A stretch of 63,999 nt of DNA, counting the filler, from Aduncisulcus paluster (taxonomy: Eukaryota): NCBI GenBank assembly GCA_024181965.1. It is 14 parts of 14 records of this genome, joined end to end, with 100 filler letters (N's around TTAATTAATTAA, not from the genome) between each part and the next. Parts side by side here need not be neighbours in the genome. Positions count along the whole stretch, not along the records: positions 23,658 to 26,945 come from BQXS01011870.1; positions 27,046 to 29,104 come from BQXS01011872.1; positions 29,205 to 32,053 come from BQXS01011873.1; positions 32,154 to 37,841 come from BQXS01011874.1; 10 more parts are not named here. One strand, given 5' to 3'. Position 1 is the stretch's first letter. Each line of letters starts with the position of its first letter. Positions 23,658-36,167 of this stretch are shown one piece after another. The notes beneath the pieces are model-generated. The model was not told where the DNA came from, did not search any database, and saw only the letters and a list, made by a program, of their open reading frames with translations. A program made the translations under genes and the position numbers.

Positions 23658-24713
23658 ATCCAGTTTGTGGCGAATTTTCTGTCTCAAAGTGCGGTCAACT
23701 TCAACATATTCTACCATTTGGAGATCAACACTTGACACAATAGGAACATATTCTTTGTGTTGAATTCCTTGTCGAGTTAGTGGAAGTGACAACCCATCTT
23801 CTGAAGGGATATGAGGATGATCGTCGGTATGAGTTATTTGGAACTGTTTCTTCCATATTTTTTGCATCAATTGCGTTTCAGTGAGCTCTACATCTCCTAT
23901 CAGCTCGATGTTAGGTGGTTGTGGAGGCCACAAAGGGATTTGTAGCAGATCATAACTGGGGCTGCAAGAACTTGAGCTCGAGCAAGGCGGTTGGGATGAT
24001 ACAGAAGACATGACGGGTCCCGTTTGATGAAACCAATGGGATGAAGTTGATTCACAATGTGATTGGTGGTCAGGGTGCAGACTGCTACCACAGACCCAGC
24101 CTGGATAGTATCGAGAGTCTGAGTCACCGAGGGATGGAGGAGGATCATCTGCACATCGACACATGGACGGGAATTGTTTCAGTTGCACGTCTGGACAATC
24201 TTGATTTGGAAACACGTCGAAGGATTTGATCTTGAGATTGGAGACCAATCCTTCTTTTCTTCCGGGGGGAACAGGTATTGAAGCTCGTGAAACACAGCCA
24301 TCGTTCGGAACAGGCAGGGGAAGTTGGACTTGATCGTTCATTTCAGGACAAAGCGGAGGGGCGATCTTCGGATAAGAAGTAGGGAGCAAAGTATCTTCTT
24401 TTGGACAATACAGGGATGGAGGTTTGGAATTCAAACCAAAGAAATTGGTATCCATTATTGAATCATCATCTTCAGTTTGGGGACAGGTGGATACCGACAA
24501 GGATGGAGAAAACTGAGGAGAGAATAAACATTCAGATCCAAATGGGCCAGGGAATTGAAATGGAGGGATACCAGGCTTTGGGGGGTCTTTAGAGGAGGAG
24601 AAATGCATGTTGGATCCATGAATGTCAAAGATAGGCAAAACAGGAATAGTTTCTTTCTCCAAATCCAGGGTCGGAAAGAGAATTTGTTTTTCGATGGGTA
24701 AAGATATGTCCAT
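23658..24713 (-). CDS. Pro/Ser-rich hypothetical protein, 3' truncated
   Basis: ATG at 24713 (MDISLPIEKQ) after an AT-rich leader; open to the linker. Confidence 0.7.
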
Positions 24714-25185
24714 TTTAATAATAATAAAATAGAAGATAAGCAATTTTTCGTTGCAAAAAAAGAAAACATTTGGATGAATTTCGAGCTGATCGGAATCATT
24801 ACAACAAGACGGATTGAGGGATTTGTAATCTTCAGTGTGGAACATGTATGGAGGCAATTCTCATAAGTTGGGATTTGAAAAATAATTTGTAAGGAGCATT
24901 TGATGGAGTGTGGTTGGATGATGATCTTATTTGATTGGTTGCAAAACGAAACATTGATTTCTGAAAGAAATCGACAATTTTAACAACAAAAAAATTATAT
25001 ATTGAATCGGTAGTGGTCGATTTATTTTTAGCTATCCGTTTAAAAGTGTCTCGACTACATTATTTCCGAATCACTCTGTGAATCATATGATCTAATGGAG
25101 ATTATTTCTCACTTGATCAATCCCAGTTCAGAAAAATTTTCTTTGTTTTGTTTCCTGATTGGGATATTAATTGATCAAACTAACC

Positions 25186-26871
25186 ATGAAAGACGGAAAA
25201 ACATCTTATTTTGCCCCGACCGATTCCCTTCAGTTTTCGATACCTTGGAAAGATATTCAAGCTCACAGACCGATATATGAAGAAAAACAGAAGAAATGGA
25301 ATAACCCCTTTACATACCCAATGACGCCCATGAGATCAATTTGGAAAGGAATGCAGCAAAGCGATACGAAACCTGGAGTTGATAGGAAAACACTTTCCGA
25401 TACTCTTCCTCTTCTTCCATTGACTTCTGATAGATTAAAAGATCTTTCTCTTCCTTCTGAAACAATTAGAACAACATGGATCGGTCATAACACATTTTTA
25501 ATTCAAGTGTGCGGCTTAAATATTATTACCGATCCTGTTTTTGTTAATCATGCTGGAATTGGGCCTCTTGGACCAAAAAGATTAGTCCCTGTTCCCTGTT
25601 TGATTCGTGATTTACCCCATATTCATCTTGTTATCGTTTCTCACAATCATTACGATCATTTTTCTACGGTCTCTTTGCGGGAAATAGAGGATGCCCATCA
25701 TCCTATATATATGATACCTCCAGGGGATAGAAATTTACTTCAAAAAACCATTATTGGTGGATCTTCACCCACTAAGCCTTCAAAACCGTCGTCAAAGGAG
25801 GAATTGTCCAGCTCAATGCCTTATTTTGGGGCTGATATTGAAAAGGGCAGAATGATCGTGTCGCCATTTCCTTTAATGTCCGTGGAAGATGCTGCGCGAA
25901 TTCAAAAATCCTATTTTCGGTCTTCTCGAAGTGAGAAGAAATCTCGTGATCTTCTGGATGTTAATTCACGTATATTTGAATTACATTGGTATGATCAATT
26001 CGTATATGACTCATCCCGTGGCTCTTTTTCAATTGTTGCCTCCAAGATTTCTGGGAGTTCTGAAATTGTTGGTTCCTTCACTCGTCCTCTTTCACGTGAC
26101 ATGTATTTGAACTGTATTGCCAGAGATAGAGATGTTTATTCAAAGTCTCACTTGTCTTCTCTCCCTTCCTTCTCGATCATGCCTGCTTCTGCCTCTCATC
26201 GCAGTAATAGGGGTATGAACGACTCGGAGAGAAGTCTTGTCTGCTCTTTTATGATGAAAATAATGGGCCAAGAGAGAGATCCACCCCGTCCTTTCACAAT
26301 ATTCTTTGCGGGAGACACTGCATATGATACTCGTATGGTTGATGACTGGAAAGAAGTTCTGTACGCATCTCGATTTGTTCCTTCCTCTTCCTCTTCCTCT
26401 TCCTCTTCCTCTGTCCCTCGTCCACTTGGAGACATTCCTCTATCCCTCTCGAGTAGTCCTATGATAAGTGTCAGTGAGGTTGAGAGGTCTGATGAGGATG
26501 ATTTGTTATCCGAGAAGAGAGGGACTCCAGGCCACTCTGATGCTTCTTCTGGCTCAGATCCTTCTTCTTCTCCTCTCCATTCTGTCGAACCTGATATTTT
26601 CCCCGCCGTTGATCTTGCCTTGCTTCCGATCGGAGCATATGCCCCTCGAGCTATTTTCAAGACAATGCATGCTGCTCCAGAGGATACCGTTAGGATGATG
26701 GAGGCTCTTCAACCAACTCAGGCAATTGCAATGCATTGGGGGACCTTTATTCTTACCATGGAACCATATTTAGAACCTCCACGATTATCAAGAGAACTCA
26801 TGGAGAAGGCGGGATTAGCTGAAAGATTTTTCATTCTTCAACATGGAGAAACAAAATTATTCTTAAAATAG
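25186..26871 (+). CDS. NAPEPLD: N-acyl-phosphatidylethanolamine phospholipase D-like metallo-beta-lactamase
   Basis: TWIGHNTFLIQ, ITDPVF, VSHNHYDH (HxHxDH), FFAGDTAY, ALLPIGAYAPR and AMHWGTF. Confidence 0.9.
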   Translation: MKDGKTSYFAPTDSLQFSIPWKDIQAHRPIYEEKQKKWNNPFTYPMTPMRSIWKGMQQSDTKPGVDRKTLSDTLPLLPLTSDRLKDLSLPSETIRTTWIGHNTFLIQVCGLNIITDPVFVNHAGIGPLGPKRLVPVPCLIRDLPHIHLVIVSHNHYDHFSTVSLREIEDAHHPIYMIPPGDRNLLQKTIIGGSSPTKPSKPSSKEELSSSMPYFGADIEKGRMIVSPFPLMSVEDAARIQKSYFRSSRSEKKSRDLLDVNSRIFELHWYDQFVYDSSRGSFSIVASKISGSSEIVGSFTRPLSRDMYLNCIARDRDVYSKSHLSSLPSFSIMPASASHRSNRGMNDSERSLVCSFMMKIMGQERDPPRPFTIFFAGDTAYDTRMVDDWKEVLYASRFVPSSSSSSSSSSVPRPLGDIPLSLSSSPMISVSEVERSDEDDLLSEKRGTPGHSDASSGSDPSSSPLHSVEPDIFPAVDLALLPIGAYAPRAIFKTMHAAPEDTVRMMEALQPTQAIAMHWGTFILTMEPYLEPPRLSRELMEKAGLAERFFILQHGETKLFLK

Positions 26872-27045
26872 ATTGGGCGAATAGCAGTGCTAATATTTCG
26901 CAAACAAGAAACCGATCAATATTTTATGAATTATTTATGTTTTGANNNNNNNNNNNNNNNNNNNNNNNNNNNNNNNNNNNNNNNNNNNNTTAATTAATTA
27001 ANNNNNNNNNNNNNNNNNNNNNNNNNNNNNNNNNNNNNNNNNNNN

Positions 27046-28063
27046 CATCATCTTTATAAAAGGTGATGGTAAGATTCACGGGTCCAGAATTCCATCCAAC
27101 ACACATATATATTCCTTTTAAAAAGCTTGGAGAACGGAATGGAATTGTCAAATGGGTGAAGTCAACGCTACCAATTCCTTTAAGAGTCTGTAAAAGTTCT
27201 TCTTTAACTCTTGCCCTCTGTTTGTAATCACGACTTCCATTCGTTTCCATTTCATCAATTTCAACAAGACAAGGATCAGAGAGGGAGATTGGAGGTTCTT
27301 GTCCCGCTGGTTCCCTACCCGATGAGTATTTTCTTGGGTGACACCCATCCTTTACAAACTGTGTATTAATTGATAAACTTGACGTTGGTCCTGCCTGGTC
27401 ATGTGTTCTGGATATTACGACAGCAGGGGTAGATCCTGATTTTGAAGATGATTGGGATGGTGTAGAAGAGAAGGAACTGCCCCCAACAATTTTAGTGTCA
27501 ACATCGAACTTTTTTGGTGTGAAGGAAGATCTTGGTGCTTGAAAATCTTCTTCCTTTTTCACTTTCAATTCAACAGAAGAGAAACGAATAATACGAATTC
27601 CATGAAGAAAAGCCGATGCTTTACCGCTCCAATTCTCATTCACAACGATTTGAAATTTTGATACGTCATGTATTTCAATTGGAAGATACACCCACTCGAA
27701 TAATTCCACCGAAGGAGAAAAATCAAATTGCAAGCAGGTGATTGAAGAATGATAAAAACGAAAGAGCAAATCTTTTGGGCCAAAACCTTTCTTGACCTGG
27801 AGATAAATACCCTTGACTGATTCATTTACGCCGAAATGAAGATTCATCTGATTGAAATGCAATTCGTCTATTCCATGAATCATATCATTCATTTTAACAT
27901 TCATATTGACCCCATTTAAGCTTGCATCACTCATTTCTATGCGAATAGGAATGACGTGTGGATGGGAGATTGGACGAGGAGGCTTACGATCACATGGTTC
28001 TGCCCCAGGTTGAAAAACGCAAGGATCACAACCTTCCTTTATATAATCAACACTTAATCCCAT
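27046..28063 (-). CDS. Lineage-specific beta-sandwich-like family protein, at least two domains, 3' truncated
   Basis: VKGIYLQVKKGFGPKDL...EWVYLPIEIHDVSKFQI...NWSG...LHGIRI; second copy DFTHLTIPFRSPSFLKGIYMCVGWNSGP. Confidence 0.8.
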
Positions 28064-28470
28064 TTTGGTGCAAATTTTGTCTCAAAAAATATAATTATGC
28101 AAAAAAAATTTAATTGCAATCAAATTTGAAAAAATGTTGGAAATTCCAACTTGGAATTTTAATCAAATTTTTTCATCAATCTCACAAATTTCTCCACTAT
28201 CATTTAAAATCAAGACATATCATGCATTGTTTTCGGCTCAAAAATAGTTTTCCTGAAATATATGGTGTAGTAGGGCAGAAATGCAAGTCCTCCATTTGCG
28301 GGTCAATCGAAGCAAAAATCGATGGAATTCACACGCTCACTCGGTGATAATAAATATGAAGATTTACTTTTATCCACCCATTCATTAGGCTTTGTGCTGA
28401 TACAGAGAGATCCATGGATCTTGGTGGATAGGGCGGGTTCCATGCTCGAAAATGAAGTGGGGTTGGGATA

Positions 28471-28873
28471 AAGTTCGATGTGGTGGAAATGTACATTGCG
28501 TTTAGAAAGAGCCACTCATATAATAGACTGTAATGAGACCTTCAAAGATCATCTAGAATGATTCTAGAAAGCTTGCAGGATTTCTCTTCTTGTCAAAGAG
28601 ATAGCGAGATGGAGACACGGTGGTTATAAGATGGGGTGGAGTGACGCATCCACAAAGCACCAAATAAATCCACAATACGGGATGGACAAAGAATTCGATG
28701 TGGGAGAGCTAGTTGAGATAACACGGGCACGTTTTATCATTCCTGATTATGAGATAAAATGTGACTTGGCTTCAAAGATCGTGTGCATTGGAGCAATAGT
28801 TTTTCCGTTGTCCAAACCGAAGATGAAAAAACGACCCCACCGAATCCTTCCTTTTTCTCTGGATTCAGATTAA
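28471..28873 (+). mobile_element. Possible decayed non-LTR retrotransposon C-terminus (Zn knuckle plus restriction-like endonuclease)
   Basis: One frame with two stops reads MWWKCTLRLERATHIIDC...*F*...RWRHGGY...RFIIPDYEIKCDLASKIVCI, resembling the CxxC-x-ETxxHIIxC, RH, PD order of RLE elements. Confidence 0.4.
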
Positions 28874-28915
28874 AGTTGTCTTACTTGACCCATTTTAATC
28901 TTTACAATTCAAGAT

Positions 28916-29104
28916 ATGAAACAATATTTGTCTGTTGGAAACTCTAAATGCCCCTTTCCACTCTCTCACCGAAATAATGCCTGTGAGATTATTGACTTCG
29001 ATAATTCAATCGTAAACAAGCATTCCCCTGAAGAATCAAAAAAAATTGTCCTTGACTTATGTGTTAATGATGTCACTCCGACAAAGATTAGTGACTTAAC
29101 GATC
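28916..29104 (+). CDS. 5' fragment of a hypothetical protein, possibly another member of the beta-sandwich family
   Basis: MKQYLSVGNSKCPFPLSH...ISDLTI is open to the linker and weakly resembles the family N-terminus preceding (D)FTHLTIPF. Confidence 0.4.
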
Positions 29105-30056
29105 NNNNNNNNNNNNNNNNNNNNNNNNNNNNNNNNNNNNNNNNNNNNTTAATTAATTAANNNNNNNNNNNNNNNNNNNNNNNNNNNNNNNNNNNNNNNN
29201 NNNNAATATTTTTCAAAATTATCATTTTTATTAACATTTATTTCATTTTTATATCATTTTTATGCAAGCAACATGTTTGCACCAAGTTGCCATTTTTATC
29301 TTCTTTATTTGTCAACATCGTGTCCTTAAAAGCGGTCTCCCTTGGGTTTGGCCAACCCAGGGGAGGCGTAAGTCTTATTTATTTTTTATATTATGCTGCT
29401 CCTCGTTCCCCCGATATGCCCCCCCCCCTTAATCTGTCTTACAATGTAAAAAAAGGGGGGGACTCCAACGATTTTTCATTTTTTTTGTTTTTATTTTTCA
29501 TTTTTCATTATTTAAGAAATTTTTATAGTAAAATAAAGGCAAATCTGTTTCAGTCATTTTATTTTTCTTTTTCCTGCTCGTAGAATGCATTAAATAGCAT
29601 TTCAACATTAAATTTAAGAAAATAAGACAATAAAATTTATTAGATACCCATTAAAACGTATTTTTAATTTTAAGTTGTAAAATATAGTTTTTAACAACTT
29701 AAAATACTATTTTTTACAACTGAAATAAACTTGTAACCACTCCTTTATTTTCCTGTAATTCAAGATATTTTACAACTTAATTTATATTGAATTTCAACTG
29801 AATTCCCTATAAATCGATTCGTTGTGTTGTGAATAAACGACATTTCCAAAAAAAACAGCAATAATGGTCCATTATTAATGGATAGAGGGAAATAAGAAAC
29901 AATATTCATGAAAAATATAATAACATTATATAACACAAAAAATTTTGTCGGAATAATGAAAAATATTGCTTCATCGAGACTCGATTCATTCGGGACGAAT
30001 TAATTATTTCGTTTTGGCATTTTTGACAGCAATTTGTTGCATTATACGTATATAAT

Positions 30057-32053
30057 ATGATTCAAATGGAAAATTTCCATAGATTTATACATATTTCATC
30101 CCTGTTCTTTGTGTGTATTTTCGTTTTCGTTCTCAACGTAAATTCTGTTTCTCCCATGAGCTATTGTCCTGATCAAGTTTTTCAGGTGTATATTTCTGAT
30201 GATTCAATGCGAAATGATATTTGTGATTGTATGGGTCTTGGAAATTGCTGTGATCCTTCCAGGTATGACATGGCTGCTTTTTCTGGGAACATTACCCTTG
30301 GTGAAAACAATAACGTTGATTCACTCACTGGTTTTGAACCCTTTCTTAGTGTAACTCAGATTGATGCTGGTTCTACCTCAATCACTTCCATTTCTCCTCT
30401 CTCCAAGTTAACACAATTAACATCTCTTGATATTTCACACTGTCTTGGTTGTTCATCAGATTCCCTTTTATACACCATCCCTGAATTGAAAAATCTGACA
30501 AGGTTGCAATATTTGTCACTTTCTGGGAATCCGATTTCCGATATTTCTCCAACTTTTACTCTTGTTGAGCTTAGTAGTCTCTTCCTTAACAGCATCTACT
30601 TGTGTCATTCTGAGGACAATGATACATTTGTGGAGTACCTCGCAACTGTTTTCCCCCTTCTTGACACTACAACCTCTGATTTGACTGAGAATGCTTGTCC
30701 TATTAATCCTGAAAACGAGTATTCATGTGATGGAGTTGATGAATGCCCATCTTTCATCAGGAATGAGGTTTATGGTGGAGATTCTATTTTTCCAACCAAA
30801 GAATGTGCCGACATTGCTAAAACTGGAAAAACCACTGAGGGAGATCTCATTTGCTACACCATTTTCGACGACAATATTCGTGCTTACCTCATTGATACGT
30901 ATGATGGTATTGCTGAAGACAATGGAATGATCAGTGTCGGATCTCTGAGATCTATGGTGACTGGGTCACTCAGTATTCCAGATATTGAGGAAAACTATGG
31001 AGAAGTTTCAACTCTCAGGGGTCTTGAATTTGCTACAAATCTAACTGAACTTATTCTTGATGGATACCAATTTATTGATTGGATGGCGACCTTCGATCAT
31101 GACATTCTTGTCGTCAAGACCTTGGTCCAGAGTACTAGTTACACTAATGATGCCGACCAGCTCATCACCACTGGTCTTAAATCCCTGAGCATGTCCGATT
31201 GTAATCTGAATGATCTCCGTGATGTTTTTGACTTCTCTCCAATTATTTCAGATACTATCACAACTCCTTTCAGACTTGAGTCTTTGGATCTTTCAAACAA
31301 TCAGCTCTCTGATTTCACATGGCTGTTATCGAGTGACTTGTTTGATGCTGATACCTTGGTCAATCTCTATATTTCTGGAAATTATGTCTGTGGGGCCGAA
31401 GATTTGGATACAGCAATTGCAAACAAATTCGAGAATTTGGGCAGATACGATTCTGATCAGCAAGTTTGTGAATGTGATGGTTTTGAAGCTGGTGTCCATC
31501 AAGTCTGTCGTGAAGTTAATCCAAATCTCTGGATTGTTGACTGTTGGAAAGGTTACTACTTTGACCCAGAGACAAACCAATGCACTTTGGCCTGTCCTGT
31601 GAATTACAAACTTGATGATAATAATACGTGTAAAAGGGACGCTGATATTGATTTCGACAATGTCATCAACTGTCAAGTATGTGATGTGGGAATGGCCAGT
31701 GCTGCTCTCGAACCTGGAGCTGACACTGTGACATGCTCTTGTTTAAGTGGATATATTGGAGATTACTGTGATGCTGGATGTCCTATTGATGGAGATTATG
31801 ACATTTGTTACAACAATGGAACTTGTGCTTACACAAGGGAAACTGATAGTTCTTATTGTTCCTGTGATGAGGGTTGGTATGGTCAGGATTGTGGTCAGGT
31901 GTGTCCATTGGATCCATACTATGGTCTGGTGTGTGGTGGACATGGTTCATGTGCCACAAGTCATGGAATCAGTGAGTGTGTGTGTGATCAGAACTGGTTT
32001 GGTCCATCTTGTGCCGAGAAATGCCCTGTAGATGATAAAGGGGTCGTTTGTAG
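30057..32053 (+). CDS. Secreted/surface LRR plus Cys-rich/EGF-like protein, 3' truncated
   Basis: Hydrophobic signal peptide; internalin-like LRRs (LKNLTRLQYLSLSGNPISDISP); tandem EGF-like repeats (CSCDEGWYGQDC, CVCDQNWFGPSC). Confidence 0.9.
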
Positions 32054-32153
32054 NNNNNNNNNNNNNNNNNNNNNNNNNNNNNNNNNNNNNNNNNNNNTTA
32101 ATTAATTAANNNNNNNNNNNNNNNNNNNNNNNNNNNNNNNNNNNNNNNNNNNN

Positions 32154-33706
32154 TGAGCCTCCTTTTGTTTATCATTCTCCCGCCTAACAATATCCTCCTC
32201 CAAACGCTCTTCTTCCTTCTTGTGTTCTTCCTCTTTCCTACGTTCTTCCCATTGCCGGAACGACTCTTCCTGTTTCTTTATCTCCTCTTCTCTTCTTCCC
32301 ATTTCAGCCTGCCATTTCTCCTCTTTCTTCTTCTCGAGCTTCTGCTTCTCTTCTTCTTCAACAGAATTCAGCACTTCATGCTCCTTTTCCACCTGGAATA
32401 CAGTCAAACTCTGCTCCACGGCTCGCTTCAAATGGAGGATATGTCCCACTTTTCCGTGACTTTGAAGCTGTGACAAGGCACGACTGAGTACATTCACTTC
32501 ACCACTGGAAGCAAAGGAAAATGAAGAGAGTGAGGAGAATATTTCAGAAATGGCCACACAGTCCTCGGTCGAGGAAGAAAACTCGGAGAAAGGCGATGGA
32601 ACGTTTGAGGCAGATGATATACTGAATGTAGGAATCGACAGAGGTGGATGAAACAGTCCAATGAAAGGCATGGCATGGGAAGTCTCCCAGCTATCATCAT
32701 CGATCATTTGCTGGGCTATTTTTGGATCAATGGTCACATTATCTTTCTCAGAAGAGACACATTGAGCACACCAGTCTGAACTTATAAATATAGAGGATGA
32801 AGTGAGAGATCCATGGAAAGCAGGGAAAGTAGGTGGAAGTATGGAAGATAATTCCTGAGATTTGCGTTGTTCTTCTTTAACTTTTTCAATTTGTTGGGAT
32901 AAAAGTTCCTTTTCATGCTCAATCTTCTCAATAAGTTTCTGTTGAGTCTCCTTTTCAGCTTGTAACTTCTTCTTCTCTTTTTCAAGAGCTGCTGACAGTT
33001 TCTCTTTATCTCTGCTAAGCTGTTTCTCTAATTCCTCCCGTTTGATCTTTTCTACTTCTTTTTCGCTCACTTCGACATCATACTCTTCATAGGTGTACTC
33101 ACTTCCACTGGCATCGTCCTCTTCTTCATCCTCTTCATCGTCTTCTTCTTCCTCATCGACTTCATCATCGTGACGGTCACCCCCAGCTGATTCAGCATTG
33201 TGAGTGATCACAGGAGATTGCGGGAAAATAGGATTTGCAATACAAACAACCGGTTGAGATTGTAATATGGTAATAGAACGAATAATTGAAAGAGACAAAG
33301 CCGATAAAAATAAATTATTGAAAGAAAAACTCGCTCCATGAACTTCTTTTAACTTAGAAGATAATGATTCCAAAGACATCGATTTCTCATCAATTTCAGA
33401 AGGATCGTACAATACAAATAATGTTTTCTCACTATCAACATATTCACAATATGAAGGTGTCCATAATGCCTTTGTTTTGAGAGAAGTAAGAGAGATAAAA
33501 TAACTTACAGATTGTTTGGCGCGATTAACGGCCATTGAAGCAGTTTCTCCCTTTTTTTTGAAATATGTAAGTGGATACATCACACAATATAGCTTTTCAC
33601 ATTTACAAAAGGTCCCAGGAAAGATTTTCTGCCCTTTCGAAAAAATACAAGTGGAATACTTCTTACTTGGGGCAAGAAGTTCATTGAAAACTGTAATCTC
33701 CTCCAT
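32154..33706 (-). CDS. Degenerate protein-kinase-like (possibly NEK-derived) pseudokinase with acidic/coiled-coil insert, 3' truncated
   Basis: YVDSEKTLFVLYD (subdomain V-like), FHGSLTSSSIFIS (catalytic-loop-like) and EDCVAISEIF (IX-like); E/K coiled coils. The ORF is solid; the kinase call is tentative. Confidence 0.55.
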
Positions 33707-34091
33707 TAAAGTCGAGAACAGTCTTTATATTTTGTGAAATCAAAATAAATATGGCAAAATACCCGTCTTGAATTTTCTAGAGCCTTTGATATAGAATTTG
33801 ACACATTATGAGCACAAATAAAGAATAATTCCAAACATGTATAATTTACTATTTTCTAATTTTGGTGAAATCAATCAAATATTTGAAATAAGAATGAGTA
33901 GGCTCTTACATCCTAACCAATCATATCCACCATTATTAGCTTAACTATTTGAGCTAAATTCTAAACCTAACCCTCAATTATTTTAACGAATTGAGCATCT
34001 AATAAGTATTTTGAATACATTGATGATTTTTCTAGTTTTGACTCCTTCCAACACTTCCAAATATTAAAAAGGAGATATTTTGATAATATTC

Positions 34092-35897
34092 ATGAACAAA
34101 ATTGTTTTTGAACTATTGGCCTGGCAGGTATTCCATAATCAAGAGATATTACATCTTGATCAATGCAAAAGTTTATTTGAGTTTCCAAATCTTTCTGAAG
34201 ATATTTTGAGCTTGTTCAATGGCCAAAAAATAAGTTCTGATGAAATCTTTAAATCATCACCCCTTTCTCAATCTACTCTTCAAAAATTGTTTCACCATGA
34301 TTCTGAATCCTTGGACTTGCATAAATATATTCAAAATATTGTAAAATTTGAGAATCCTGAAGAATTTTATGGGAAAATGCCAACTCTACCAGTTGAAGAT
34401 GAAGCTCTTAAGGATATTGATTTTTCTTTGGATACTCTCTTACATTCAACTTCATTTTTACAATCCCCATCCGATGGCTCCTCTATCCGTGGTATATCTA
34501 GTCATCCATTATTAAGTTTTCCTCAGATCATTCCTTTCGCAACCATTCTGTTCACTTCTACCTCCGTCAAGAAAGAAGAATGTTCTCCCGATATTGATGA
34601 GGACTTTTCAATGTCTGTCTCATCAAAAGAATCATCTTCCATTCATTCTTCCACGACCGATGATTCCACTCTCATTGATCATCCTGAAGACTCTGATCGA
34701 GCATCTGATATCATCTCCCCTCCTTCCATCCATTCCTTGTCAATATCCTCCTCTTCTGAGTCTCCATTTGAAAAAGATGTTGTCAGAAATTGTGTTAGAG
34801 GGGCGAATAATATCTGTTGTGAGTTTGAGAAGCGTGATTTGCCCGAAGAGTTTTTCAAGGATTTCCATTCTCGTCTTTGTGATTTCTGTGAAAAGTTGAA
34901 TTCTTCGCTTGAAAAAGATATTGTCGGAATCAAAACACCGTTAGAACCCCCACCAATGGGCACCTCTCTTCCCCAATTGCTCTCAGACTTCCTTGTATTT
35001 ATTCGAACTGTCTCTTATAACAATTCACTTGCAGTCGAATCAGTCGATTCAAAAGAGAAGAAAGAGGAAAAGGAAGACAAAGATTTCCTTAAGCTCACCC
35101 ATGATATTAGAATCTCCCAATTAATTAATTTCTTTGTAACCAATCTTGATCCAAAAATAGAACCAATCTATTCTCAAGCCCACACTTCTATGCTTAACTT
35201 ACTTGAATATCTATCCCCCGAATCCATTCTAGTGATCCTTGGACGTCGTATAACAAAAGGATGTATCACTTCACATGTTCCCCATCTCTCTATTCCCAAG
35301 CTTCTCTTAGCTTCCCTCCAATTCCATAAGCCTCACCAGAAGAATATTCATTCGGCTTTGACAGTGTGTGCTCGTGGCATTGCAAAGCATCAACATCGAG
35401 AGATGGTTGAAGTGTTACAANNNNNNNNNNNNNNNNNNNNATGTATCACTTCACATGTTCCCCATCTCTCTATTCCCAAGCTTCTCTTAGCTTCCCTCCA
35501 ATTCCATAAGCCTCACCAGAAGAATATTCATTCGGCTTTGACAGTGTGTGCTCGTGGCATTGCAAAGCATCAACATCGAGAGATGGTTGAAGTGTTACAA
35601 GATCGAGAGAAAGAACCCGGAGAGATGAAGAAGTGCAAACCTTTTTGGGGTGGAGAGCCAAAAGGAATTGTTCCATTGAAGAATGCCCGTGCTTTTAGCG
35701 TCGTTATTCGCATTCTGTGTAACACTACATGGATGAACTACCATCATCTCCCACACGGTATTTATGTGTGTGAATGCCGAGTGAAGGAAGGATATGGATG
35801 TAGGTGGATGATTAATGGTGGCGAATGTACTTTCAGAGGCTTTTTAGAACCATTCGATCCAGATGGGCATGAGAAGGGATGGAAACACAAAGTGTAA
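34092..35897 (+). CDS. Hypothetical protein with helical C-terminal part; contains a gap-overlap duplication
   Basis: Long ORF; 35261-35420 is repeated at 35441-35600 across the 20-N gap. Confidence 0.75.
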   Translation: MNKIVFELLAWQVFHNQEILHLDQCKSLFEFPNLSEDILSLFNGQKISSDEIFKSSPLSQSTLQKLFHHDSESLDLHKYIQNIVKFENPEEFYGKMPTLPVEDEALKDIDFSLDTLLHSTSFLQSPSDGSSIRGISSHPLLSFPQIIPFATILFTSTSVKKEECSPDIDEDFSMSVSSKESSSIHSSTTDDSTLIDHPEDSDRASDIISPPSIHSLSISSSSESPFEKDVVRNCVRGANNICCEFEKRDLPEEFFKDFHSRLCDFCEKLNSSLEKDIVGIKTPLEPPPMGTSLPQLLSDFLVFIRTVSYNNSLAVESVDSKEKKEEKEDKDFLKLTHDIRISQLINFFVTNLDPKIEPIYSQAHTSMLNLLEYLSPESILVILGRRITKGCITSHVPHLSIPKLLLASLQFHKPHQKNIHSALTVCARGIAKHQHREMVEVLQXXXXXXXCITSHVPHLSIPKLLLASLQFHKPHQKNIHSALTVCARGIAKHQHREMVEVLQDREKEPGEMKKCKPFWGGEPKGIVPLKNARAFSVVIRILCNTTWMNYHHLPHGIYVCECRVKEGYGCRWMINGGECTFRGFLEPFDPDGHEKGWKHKV

Positions 35898-36167
35898 ATA
35901 ATGTAAGTAATCTTGTTCATTTCTGTCATTTTTCATGTTAGCATTGTTAATCCATTTTAATAAATTTGAGATAACAAACAATATACCAAACTGAATTAGG
36001 GAATCAATGATTCATAGGAGAAAAACTCCATAATAGCAACAAATACAAAAATATTCTTTGATAAATAGAAAAAGTAGAATCAAAAGTTTCAATTTCACAC
36101 TGAAATAAGTTGTCAGGTCAAGTATAGACGTGACTCCAAGGCAAATGAATAATAACGGAAGTAGATC

